Source: Hormiphora californensis
Lineage: Eukaryota > Animalia > Ctenophora
Length of the DNA: 64,000 bases
Assembly: GCA_020137815.1 (NCBI GenBank)
Contig: CM035358.1
Span: 4,464,001 to 4,528,000 of the forward strand
Direction of reading: 5' to 3'
This document shows, in pieces, positions 48,773 to 60,596 of the stretch. Under the pieces are notes generated by a model, which worked only from the letters and a program-made list of their open reading frames with translations, did no database searches and was not told where the DNA came from. The position numbers and the translations under genes are program-made. Each line of letters opens with the position of its first letter. Within the stretch, counting starts at the first letter, position 1.

Positions 48773-50776
48773 ATGACACTCTTTCAGATGTGGAGACTAA
48801 TCATTATTACCGGTATAGCAGAGATCATGGCAGCAACCATGATCTGTGACGAGAAGAACACACAGATATTCCAGATACCGGGACCGATAGAGTGCTCGGG
48901 AGAAAAACAGATGGTGTTTAACGCCACGCTCTGGAAGACAAACATACAAGAATACAAGACGGAGGCAACGTCACTAACCATCACAGAAAAGACGTGCACA
49001 GTAAAGAAGCACTTCTTTGGTCGAGATAATCCATGGAATCTGGGTCAAATTTTTGACGAACCCTGCATAGTGGAAGGGCAAAGGTTTCTCTTCACCAAAG
49101 TGTAGTCTAAGGGGTCCTTTATCACCAAAAAAAAGTTTACATCCCAGAAGTGGGGGATAAGGGTCGTAATTGGCTATAATTGGGTACCTGTAATTTCAGC
49201 CTGAGGCCAAAATCATGAGTACCCTTAAAATAGGAGTAGAGACAAATCTGAGGGCATTAAAGTGATCAGCGTCCTCGCATTAGTGGGGGTAGGTGCCGGA
49301 ATTAAGTCTCTATCTCATCCGGTTAATTAGATAATTGGATAATTAGGTTTGCACATAACCGTTTTTACGCTATATGGCTATAGCCACTTAGGAACGGTTT
49401 AGAGACTTTTCACCGGTGCCATTTTGTAGGCAATGGCCGAGTTATGGGGGGTCGACGTCGGACTTTTAAGCTCTATTTCCAACCGTTTAGCCGTTATTTG
49501 GCTTTAAAGGTGCTCAAAATCGGGCTTTTTACTCTGAAAATGAGCAAAAAACGGTAAAAAGCCCGATTTTTGGTCATTTTCAGCACCTTAAAAGTCAAAT
49601 AACGGCTAAACGGTTGGAGATAGAGCTTAAAAGTCCGACGTCGACCCCCCATAACTTGGCCATTGCCTACAAAATGGCACCAGTGAAAAGTCTCTAAACC
49701 ATTCCTAAGTGGCTATAGCCATATAGCCTAAAAAAGGTTATGCGCAAACCTAATTATCCAATTATCTAATTAACCAGATGAGATAGAGACTTAATTCCGG
49801 CACCTACCCCCACTAATGCGAGGACGCTGATCACTTTAGTGCCCTCAGATTTGTCTCTACTCCTGTTTTAAGGGGACTTATGGTTTTGGCCTCAGGCTGA
49901 AAATACAGGTACCCAATTATGGCCAATTACGACCCTTATCCCCCACTTCTGGGATGTAAACTTTTTTTTGGTGAGTAAGGACCCCTTAGACTACACTTTG
50001 GTGAAAAGAAACCTTTGCCCTTCCACTATGCAGGGTTCGATACCCATATTCCATGGATTAAGAGGACAAGGAAACGACAGAGAAAATAATCCTATGGTCA
50101 GAAAGCAAGTACATAGACCTCATAACACACGGAACATGTGAGGATACGAGGAATAATCAACGACAGGACTGGGGACATAGAACCTGAGTGTAGTGCATCA
50201 TGGTTGAAAACGAAAAGCAACACAGTAATACAGTGCAAGTATCACAAGGGATACGTTCTCAAGACACACAATACACAGATGGTATCTAACCTAGGAAATA
50301 CCGCACAATGTACAGACACCTACCAAAGCGGGTTCTGCCTATCAGATAAAGGAGAAGCCATCATGCACCACCCAGAGAGAAAGGAACAAGATGAATATCA
50401 ATTGGTAGGGACCTACACCGCAGTACAGTTAGGAACCCACCTAATGATTGGAAAACTGGAGTTCAGTGCAGATCTCAGAGAAGTAGCCAAGACAAACAAG
50501 GACTACATCAAAAATGGGTTCAAAATACGACTAACACAAGAAGCGACAAACACACAGATAGAGGAACTCAAGGTTACAACCAGCGAGATAGAAATCGAAG
50601 AACTCAGGCTGAACTACCTAGCAGACATGGTTTCACTAAAAACAGAGAAAATAGGTACACTATGCGAAATAGCCGACTTGACATTGAACATTACTAGAGG
50701 ACTCGCAATGCACGACCCTATAACAACATATGCCAGATAGATACTAGACAATGATTACCTTTGGGCATCATTTGGT
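48773..50776 (+). pseudogene. Envelope glycoprotein fragment (class III fusion protein-like), copy A, interrupted by a MITE and truncated
   Basis: Signal-peptide-like N-terminus (MWRLIIITGIAEIMA) and a Cys-rich ectodomain: TCTVKKHFFGRED, EPECSASWLKT, CTDTYQSGFC, LCEIADLTLNITRGLAMHDPITTYAR. Confidence 0.7.
49027..50060. mobile_element. 1034-bp palindromic MITE inserted in env copy A
   Basis: TAATCCATGGAAT...ATTCCATGGATTA termini with ~480-bp inverted arms. Removing the element and one copy of the 3-bp TSD AGA restores CGA GAG GAC (R-E-D, as in copy B). Confidence 0.9.
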
Positions 50777-51527
50777 CTAAAAGTCTAGACAGTCTAAGCA
50801 CCTTAACTCTCTGACCCCAATTAAGTCTTCCTCCGGCCGGGTCTGCCGCAGCACCTCCTCCAGGTAGTTACCGTAACCGTAGTCACAGTAACTCCGCATT
50901 GCCCCGTCAAAGGTGTAGGTAGCAAGACCACTCTAAACGAGTAACTGGCTACTATTATAGTAGCCAGTTACTCGTTTAGATGACACCTCGTGCGAACGAT
51001 CCGGACACGAGATGATCCGGAAGAGAAAATGGGGACAGATCCCCTGTGCCACCAAGTAATCCGTGGTGGCACGGCTGGCAGAATAAACCCCATGGGGGGT
51101 GGACACCTGTCCAGGGGTTCGAGTAGGCCAGCCGGTCAGGGACTGGTGGCTCCCTATCGCAACCCCTGGTAACAGGTACCGCTAAAAATTATCTGCCAGA
51201 ACCGGGTGCCCAGGGGGCACGATACGTCGATCCTCGGTGTGGTCCCACCGAGGACGCACCAACTCACCGGTGGCCGTCTCTATCATATAATCCTGAAAAC
51301 AAAAGATAATCAGTACAAATCAAACAAGCAGAATCTAAAGACAACGAAGAATGGAACAGTAGAGAACTCACATTTTCCCGGTACAGCGCCCATAACCTCA
51401 ACGCCGCCAAGCCAAGAGGCACCCCAGCGGGGCGGTCCTCCAGATCGGGGCGGGGAGTCCGCCCGACCGCCGCAACCGCTAAGCTGCGGCGTTCCTCTTC
51501 CGCTGGAGTGCAAGGTCTAGACATCAT
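50777..51527 (-). pseudogene. Spliced antisense accessory gene, copy B (exons 51372-51527 and 50777-51292; in-frame TAG at ~51182 and a palindromic insert at 50932-50980)
   Basis: Same acceptor-ATG arrangement, a GTGAGT donor, and the same CAG|GATTATATGAT junction as copy A. Confidence 0.75.
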
Positions 51528-51642
51528 TATACTGAAAAAGGAAAAGTTGAATCATCTGGAAGCCTGGGCAGAGTGCATTTCACCCTATATAATAAATTGG
51601 CTTGATCAACCAATCGAAATAGGGAAAGGAGCAAAATCAACA

Positions 51643-52960
51643 ATGACACTCTTTCAGATGTGAAAACTAGTCATCATTACCATCATAGTGGAAGTCATAA
51701 CAGCCACTATGATCTGCGACGAGAAAAACACACAGATTTTCCAGATACCAGGCCCGATAGACTGTTCGGGAGCTCAGCAAGTGGTATTTAACGCCACACT
51801 CTGGAAGACAAACATAAAAGAATACAAGACGGAGGCAACGTCACTCACAGTCACAGAAAAGACTTGCACAGTTAAGAAGCATTTCTTCGGTCGAGAAGAT
51901 ATAGAGAAAAAGGAGAAGACAGTTCTGTGGTCAGAAAACAAGTACACAGATCACATAACACACGGAACATGTGAAGACAATCAAGGAGTAACCAACGACA
52001 GGACCGGAGACATAGAACCACAGTGCAGTGCATCCTGGTTAAAGACAAAGAGCAACACAGTTATACAGTGCAAGTATCACAAGGGATACGTTCTCAAGAC
52101 TTGCCCGCGTAGGGCGGTAGGCGGTAAATGTTAACCAGATCTGTGAGAATTTCGCACTTTTTTGCCCATAACTCAGCCATTTCTTGACCAATTTTCAAAA
52201 TCTTTAGCTCATTGGAAAGAGGACATTGAGATCTCTCAAATGAGCTCAAGAAAATGAAAATTGGCGCAAATTGCGCGGCGTGGTGGCGAAAACGCGCATT
52301 TTGCGCCATGACGCCGCGCATTTTGCGCCGATTTTAGTTTTATTGGGCTCATTTAAAAGAGCTCAATGTCCTCTTTCCAACGCACTCAAGATTTTGCAAA
52401 TTGGTCAAGAAATGACTGAGTTATGGACAAAAACGTGGTTTTGCACGTACGTTTTCTCTCAGATCTGGTTAACATTTACCGCCTACCGCGTAGGGCGCGT
52501 GAACATGGGGGGCGCGACGTGCCCAATCTCAAGACACACAATACACAGATGGTATCTAATCTAGGAAATACCGCACAATGTACAGACACCTACCAAAGTG
52601 GATTCTGTCTATCAGATAAAGGAGAAGCCATCATGTATCACCCAGAGAGAAAGGAACAAGATGAATATCAATTGGTAGGGACCTACACCGCAGTACAGTT
52701 AGGAACCCACCTAATGATTGGAAAACTGGAGTTCAGTGCAGATCTCAGAGAAGTAGCCAAGACAAACAAGGACTACATCAAAAATGGGTTCAAAATACGA
52801 CTAACCGACATCCCAACACAAGAAGCGACAAACACACAGATAGAGGAACTCAAGGTTACAACCAGCGAGATAGAAATCGAAGAACTCAGACAAGAGTTCC
52901 TAACGAGGCTGAACTACCTAGCAGACATGGTTTCACTAAAAACAGAGAAAATAGGTAGCA
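51643..52960 (+). pseudogene. Envelope glycoprotein fragment, copy B, with an early TGG>TGA stop and a MITE insertion
   Basis: ORFs 51688-52134 and 52423-52965 are homologous to copy A. Confidence 0.7.
52101..52526. mobile_element. 426-bp MITE with 9-bp TSD (Mutator-like) inserted in env copy B
   Basis: TSD TCTCAAGAC on both sides; subterminal inverted repeats GCGGTAGGCGGTAAATGTTAACCAGATCTG. Confidence 0.85.
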
Positions 52961-55338
52961 CCTAATCCGAAATTTAAGCCGGCGGGACTTGGACATTACT
53001 AGAGACGTCGAAAGGGCACGACCCCACCGTTCCAGATAGTACTAACCAATGTACCTTTGGAACATTGGTCTATAAATTTAGACAGTACTCGTTAGAGTTC
53101 TTCTCCCCCAATTAACCCTCCTTTGGACCCAACCTATGGGTAGCCAAACCGGGGGTCCAAAATCCGCAGCCCCCTCGGTTATTGAGGCCCCTATAAGAGC
53201 TCCTAAGTAGCCTAAAATAGTCTCAGTTACCTTTAGAGTTTGTCTTCTACCTAAGATGGCCTCTATTTTTTTCCTCTCTGTAGCCATAGTTCCCCCAAAT
53301 TCTTGTGCCCATTTTTTGGGGAGAAGGGGTAGGCAATCCCAATATCACCCTTTAGTCCTCTTTACAATTTTCTTTTAGAACGACTCTCTTTCTGGGCTCT
53401 CGTTTGGTTCTCTCTGGCGCAGATACCTGAATTCATGTTAAACCCCGTGAGGAAAATGTTTTTAATACAAGCAGGGTACAGGAGATTAAAATTCTTTTAA
53501 ACAATATCTTATACGTTCTGTATTCCACGGGGATAGGGATACCTCATATATTTGTAACCTGCAAGAAACTTTCCTTTGGAAAGGGGGGAAAAAGCCACAC
53601 CAAATTATGTATCGATCAAAAATCTTAGTCGTTATATATTTAGTTTTATCCCTCTAAGAACTTTTGGCAGCTAAACTCTTATTTCGTCTCATTAAGTACG
53701 TCTATAATAGTACGTTTATATTACGTCTATAGTACAACTACACTATGTCTCCCGCTCATCGGTATTTGCCTGGTAAGACAGGGTGGAGCATGACATAATA
53801 TGGTGTTGGTTTGGTTTGGTGCTTGGCGCTGTGAAACAGGGTCGAGCAAGGAAATTACATTATAGATTATATTCCCCCACAAAATGACTATTATACATAT
53901 TAATAATCTCGTTCTCAATCCCATTCTCAATGCAGGATCATCTGTATTCATATTGTGTATTCATATTGTGTATTCATATTGTGTATTCATACTGTGTATT
54001 CATACTGTGTATTCATACTGTGCAGCAGTATTCATGATGGTATTGATCCACCACTACATTTTGGCACGTTTTGCTGCCTGGGAAAAATGAGGCATATATA
54101 TATATATGAGACAGAGGAAATACTGGTCCCTGATTGGCTGATAACCAGTCACGTGACCTAAATAACGAGTTCTGATTGGTTGTTTACTTGTTTCGGTTTT
54201 TTTGGCTTGTTTTGGGTTCTGTAGGCAATGCTCTGACCCGGGGTTTTCAGAGGCCAAGTGTCACCACATCTTCGAGGGCCAGATGGGGTAGAATGGGCCC
54301 TGCGGTTGGAATAGGGGGAGTAATGGGCACAGAGGGATTTAAAGAAGGAGAGAATAACAGGGGAGGTGAGAGGAAGGTTTGTAAAAAATACAGAAGGAGA
54401 TGTAGTAGAGAGGGGGGGAAGGGGTTTGGAGAGGAAATGAATGGGGGTAAGTTGGTAATGATGAAATTCCTTGTTTTTTTTTGCAGTACCTGGTTTTTCC
54501 TATTTCCCCGCCAAAATGGGGGAAAAAGGAAAGGCAAACGGGTGAGAGTGGAGAGACAGCGAAAACGAGGGGGCTAACAAACGAAGAGGAGAGAGTTTTG
54601 GAAAAAAGAGAATGTTTAGGAAGGGGGAAAAGGGGAGAAGGAAGGGGGAGAAAAGAGGAGAGAGAGGGAGAAGGGGAAGAGGGGAGGGAGAATAACCGGC
54701 CAAAAAATCTTAACACAAACACCATCACCTACCTAAAAAAATGGGGTTGGGGTTAGGAAAAGGGAAAATTCAAAAATTTTAAATTTCTTTTCTCTTTAAA
54801 TCATCCGCTGGTCCTTCTCGTCGCCCAAAACGAAAAAAAGAAAAAAGAAAAAATTGCCCGTACCCACCGGGGGTCATGGAAAAAAAAAAGAGGGTTGAAA
54901 ATAGGGGGTTATCGGTTCTGTTTTTAAAGGTCACTAAAATTTTTCGGGATGTTAAAAATTTTCTTCTTTAAATGTGATCCACATGGGCCATTTCATTGAA
55001 AACCAGTGGAGGAAAATTTGAATGGTTTACCCCACCACTGGCCAGGAAATTTGTGGGAAAATGGTGCGACTGGGTGCAAACACGGTTTAAAATGGAAAGG
55101 GGGGGTGAGAGAGAGAAAGGAAAAGAAGAAGAGGAGGGGGGGTGGCAAGAGAAATTGACACCAGCAAATTTTAAGAATTTTCTTCTTCCAAACGAACACT
55201 CCAATGCGGAGGCCATGGAACAGATGAAAAGGGGGGGATGTGATGAGGGCGGAGGTTTGGGGGAGGTTGGTGGAGAGAAAAAAATGGGTCCATTTTTATT
55301 GCATGTACTTCCCCCTGTTAGTCATAGGTTCCCAGAAC

Positions 55339-55588
<250 letters not shown>

Positions 55589-56639
55589 TACTCTCTCTAT
55601 AAAATAGTCTCTCTAACCCACCAATCACCCACCAATCACTCTACCTACAACCCACCATGGTGGAAGATTAGGAGATTGCAATCTCCTAATCTTCCACTTT
55701 TCTTCCGCTCTTTTCTCCCTCATTACCTTTGGCCCCTCTGTTCGCGGCCAACTCATAACCATTCTTATACACCACGTCAGATCTTTTTGCCTAGCTCCAC
55801 CCTCTTTCCGTGTGAGCAGCTCACAAATGTAAAAAAAGAAAAAAAGGAGGGTTAGAACATAACAAAGATTATTATCTCCTCTCTGTTTAAAAAGAGGGTC
55901 CCACATAAACTTTCAGGCATGTTTTAACTTTTCTCTGCATTATAATGCGTTCTGCAGTCCTACATGTTCTGCAGTCCTGCATTCGAAATACAAGTCTCAG
56001 AGGAAAATTAATAGACATGGAATTAAAAACTCGGGATCCGAGAGGAGGAATATATCTGAAACATCCGATGCGTGGATGCAATACTATCTGGTTTTATCTC
56101 TCTGACACTGCTAGGTCTTGCACGGCCTCCAGTCACGAGAATATTCTGTGTCAAGAAAGAAGGAGGAAGTTGTTGGTTGTGTGCAAGAGAAACCATATTG
56201 TATCATCTTCATCGTTCTATGACATTTTACGACATTTCTCTCTCTCGGTCCACTACACGCACCACTCCCACATGGGGCCGTGAGGCCCCATGCGAGAGCA
56301 GGGTTAAATCCCCCGGACCCGGATCCTGTTGGATCTGAGGGCCCGGAGGGCCTGCGGAGTAAAGGTAGGGTAGGTAGAACAATGTACATACGGGTAAATT
56401 TAACAATGTACATATGGGTTAAGGAAAGGGGGATTAAAGCTCATGGTGACGGAGCACAAGACCTCCTAAACTATCTGCAAAGAAGCCCAATCTGCTACAA
56501 TGAATTCTAAGAAGAGACAACTTATCAGGAACTGGAGAAGCAAACCGTCTGAATCTAAGGCAGCCTAAAACAAGCAGGAACGGGTTCGAGCGGGAAAAAA
56601 ATAAAATAACACAAATGGATGATGATTACAAGTCGAGCC

Positions 56640-57306
56640 AGAGAGGACAGCCAGCCCGTTCCAGAGAAGCCAGCTGACCCCGTTCCAGAGAAGACAGCCG
56701 ACCCCGTTCCAGAGAAGCCAGCTGACCCCGTTCCAGAGAAACCAGTTGACCCCGTTCCAGAAAAGTCAGCTGACCCCGTTCCAGAGAAGCCAGCTGACCC
56801 CGTTCCAGAGAAGCCAGCTGACCCCGCTCCAGAGAAGACAGCCACCCCGTTCCAGAGAAGACAGCTGACCCCGTTCCAGTAAGGACAGCTGACCCCGCTC
56901 CAGTAAAGACAGCTGACCCCGTTCCAGTAAAGACAGCTGACCCCGCTCCAGAGAGGACAGCCACCCCGTTCCAGAGAGGACAGCTGACCCCGATCCAGTA
57001 AGGACAGCTGACCCCGTTCCAGTAAAGACAGCTGGCCCCGCTCCAGTAAGGACAGCTGACCCCGCTCCAGAGAAGACAGCCACCCCGTTCCAGAGAAGAC
57101 AGCTGACCCCGTTCCAGTAAGGACAGCTGACCCCGTTCCAGTAAGGACAGCTGACCCCGTTCCAGTAAAGACAGCTGACCCCGCTCCAGAGAGGACAGCC
57201 ACCCCGTTCCAGAGAGGACGGCTGACCCCGCTCCAGTAAGGACAGCTGACCCCGTTCCAGTAAAGACAGCTGATCCCGCTCCAGAGAGGACAGCCACCCC
57301 GTTCCA
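56640..57306. repeat. 21-bp minisatellite with interspersed 19-bp variants
   Basis: Unit (GA)CAGCTGACCCCG(T/C)TCCAG(AG/TA)..; the shorter CAGCCACCCCG unit recurs every few repeats. Confidence 0.95.
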
Positions 57307-57698
57307 AAAAATCATCTCCGATGTAGAACCCTATCAAAAATGGAAGAAGTGGGTTAGGGGGGCTAGTAAAACAAAAACAGTATTGGTTAGCGGATAAAGG
57401 GGCGTTGGGGGTCCACAGTTGGCTGGAAGATGCCTGTTCCACTGGTAACCCTGAGCCGGAGAAGGCGGGGTAGGAACATAATAGTTGGCGATAATACACT
57501 GTGGGCCGCCTTGCCAAGATGTTTTTGTATTTTGTATTTTCTGATTTTTTTCCGTATTTCTGATACACAGCCACGCTCAGCCGCGGCCACACGGACCTGG
57601 AAATCGAACAGGGGGAAAAGGGGATGGGGAAAAAGGTACTCCGTGTGACCCCGTTGCCCGGGGGAAACCGATTGGAGGTGGTGGCAGGTGGACCAACT

Positions 57699-57804
<106 letters not shown>

Positions 57805-58086
57805 ATTTAGGTCACGTGACTGGTTATCAGCCAATCAGGGACCAGTATTTCCTGATTCGGTCGGTTCCTGGCTTCTTGTAAGGGATTACCCAACAAGCTT
57901 CTACACCAGTGCACACGATGGCTGATACAACGCGTACGTGGCGTTACTTCCTTGAATATTTTGAGGTTGGAGTATGATACACTTCAATACTCATGTGATA
58001 ACCATGAAACGTTCAGCGGTCTCTCCATTTTTCCAAACCTACCATTCATATTAACAAGAAACGTTGCAGTACACATGTGTCTATGT

Positions 58087-58534
58087 CAGGGGTGGCGGAA
58101 CAAGGGGGGCAGCCGGGGCCATGGCCCCATGTAAAATTTTACCTACCAGGGGCAGCTGGGGCCACTTTCACCGAGACTTTTTCTAACGCTAGGTAAACAT
58201 TTGGTGTTGTATGAGGCTGGCCCAGGATTATGTTCTAAACCGTTTCGTATTACGCTAAACAAAAATTCTGGTAGAGGCAGTTTGTCATATAAGGTGGGAT
58301 AGAGTGATAGACATCGATCTAATGAGGGTTCGTCTATGCGTGCGTGAGCTAGCCATTCGATTGAAATTGATTTATTCTTGATTTGTGATTTAACTTTTGC
58401 ACTTCGACAATGAAACGCTTCTTCAATTTGATGTATAGAGGATCCAGAAGTTTGGAAAATGTCACGTGACCGGTCACGTGATCAAAATATCTGGAAGTGG
58501 CCCCAGCTGAGAAAAATATCTTCCGCCATGCCTG
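58087..58534. mobile_element. 448-bp hAT-type MITE
   Basis: CAGGGGTGGCGGAA...TTCCGCCATGCCTG; 8-bp TSD GTCTATGT. Confidence 0.85.
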
Positions 58535-58593
58535 GTCTATGTCACCAACAAGAAACGTGACGATCATTCAATATCGCAACCCTTCATGTTAAT

Positions 58594-58990
58594 GCCTTCT
58601 ATCTCTCCTTCACCAGTCATCTATCTCTCCTTCACCAGCCTTCTATCTCTCCTTCACCAGCCTTCTATCTCTCCTTCACCAGCCTTCTATCTCTCCTTCA
58701 CCAGCCTTCTATCTCTCCTTCACCAGCCTTCTAGCTCTCCTTCACCAGCCTTCTAGCTCTCCTTCACCAGCCTTCTAGCTCTCCTTCACCAGCCTTCTAT
58801 CTCTCCTTCACCAGCCTTCTAGCTCTCCTTCACCAGCCTTCTATCTCTCCTTCACCAGCCTTCTATCTCTCCTTCACCAGCCTTCTAGCTCTCCTTCACC
58901 AGCCTTCTATCTCTCCTTCACCAGCCTTCTATCTCTCCTTCACCAGCCTTCTAGCTCTCCTTCACCAGCCTTCTATCTCTCCTTCACCAG
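58594..58990. repeat. 22-bp minisatellite, ~18 copies
   Basis: Unit GCCTTCTA(T/G)CTCTCCTTCACCA. Confidence 0.95.
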
Positions 58991-59217
58991 TCATCTCTTC
59001 TTCTTCTTCTCTCCAGTCATCTCACGTGACAGCTGCTAAGAGTAAATATTGACAAAATCCCGGGGATTTCTAGGGCGGGTGGTGGGTAATGGGCGAACAA
59101 TGACCGTGAGAAGATGAATAAGAAAAGGAGAAGAAAGAGGAACAAAAAAGGATCAGAGAGATGATGAAGAGGAAGAAAATGTATGCCGGCCAATTGTCGC
59201 CATATGAGGATTTGTAG

Positions 59218-59326
59218 CAGGAACCGACCGAATCAGGAAATACTGGTCCCTGATTGGCTGATAACCAGTCACGCGATCTATTTAACGAGTTCTGATTGGT
59301 TGTTTATTTGTTTCGGTCGGTTCCTG
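59218..59326. mobile_element. 109-bp hAT-type MITE; partial or degenerate copies also at ~26535-26623, ~27220-27304, ~54114-54197, ~57803-57870 and ~59995-60103
   Basis: Same family; 8-bp TSD ATTTGTAG. Confidence 0.9.
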
Positions 59327-59410
59327 ATTTGTAGAACAACATCAACCTCATGGGATTGTTGTAAAACCCACTGCCGGAATTCATTATACAATAGTTGGAG
59401 GCGAGATGGT

Positions 59411-59482
<72 letters not shown>

Positions 59483-59488
59483 AGAGAG

Positions 59489-59574
<86 letters not shown>

Positions 59575-59588
59575 AGGAGGGAGAGAGA

Positions 59589-59630
<42 letters not shown>

Positions 59631-59639
59631 GAGAGAGAG

Positions 59640-59755
<116 letters not shown>

Positions 59756-60596
59756 TGAAGTGGTGTGTGTCCAATTGGACAACTGCCTTAAAACAGCTGC
59801 CACGCTTAGAACATGTAATGGTTTCAGCTAGAAGAGAAAGTTAATTACCCCACGCTAATGGATCTAATTTAATTGCGGAAATGGAGAATTTAATGGGGAT
59901 TTTTTTAGCAGGCAACCGCCAATTACTTTTCACCGTTAAGTAAATTTTCCTAGTCCAGATTGGCAGATTCTAATTAAAGAGAAATGGAGGAAAGCAGTAA
60001 CCGACCGAATCAGGATATACTGGTCCCTGATTGGCTGATAACCAGTCACGTGACCTAAATAAAGAGTTCTGATTGGTTGTTTACCTGTGTCGGTCAATTC
60101 GTGATTCTAATCATACTATTATTAAAGCAAATAGGGAAATGATGGGTGATGGTTTTTTTACCAAATATGGCACAAAATTCCTGGAAATGGCCTTTTGCAC
60201 GTATTGTCCCTAGAGGGACCCTGGCAACCTGCCAGCTTGAGCCTTAAACTGCACGTGCATCCTTGATTCATCTCTCTGCCGGTTGTGTGATTGATCGTTT
60301 GCTCGATTTGATCTGTTCACCCCCTGTTCACCACGTTTCGTGAACATGACTACTCAACTTCAACACAATCGCCAGCGAGTTTGGAGGAGCCATATTTCCC
60401 AAACTGGCGCTGACGCCTATAGACTACGTGATAGAATCCTAAAAAAGAGGTGATTATTATTCAAAAAATGTTGTCAACACACGTAATAACAAAATATCAA
60501 TGGCACTAATAAGAAATGGCAGTAATACGTGAAAGTATTTTGCAAATGTGCTCCTTCATAAAATACTTTCTGTCGAAAGAATCGCTGTGGTTAATT

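Noticed and set aside
56555-57592. 345-aa and 229-aa repetitive ORFs
   Set aside because: Translations of a 21/19-bp minisatellite whose shorter units shift the frame; no other coding evidence.
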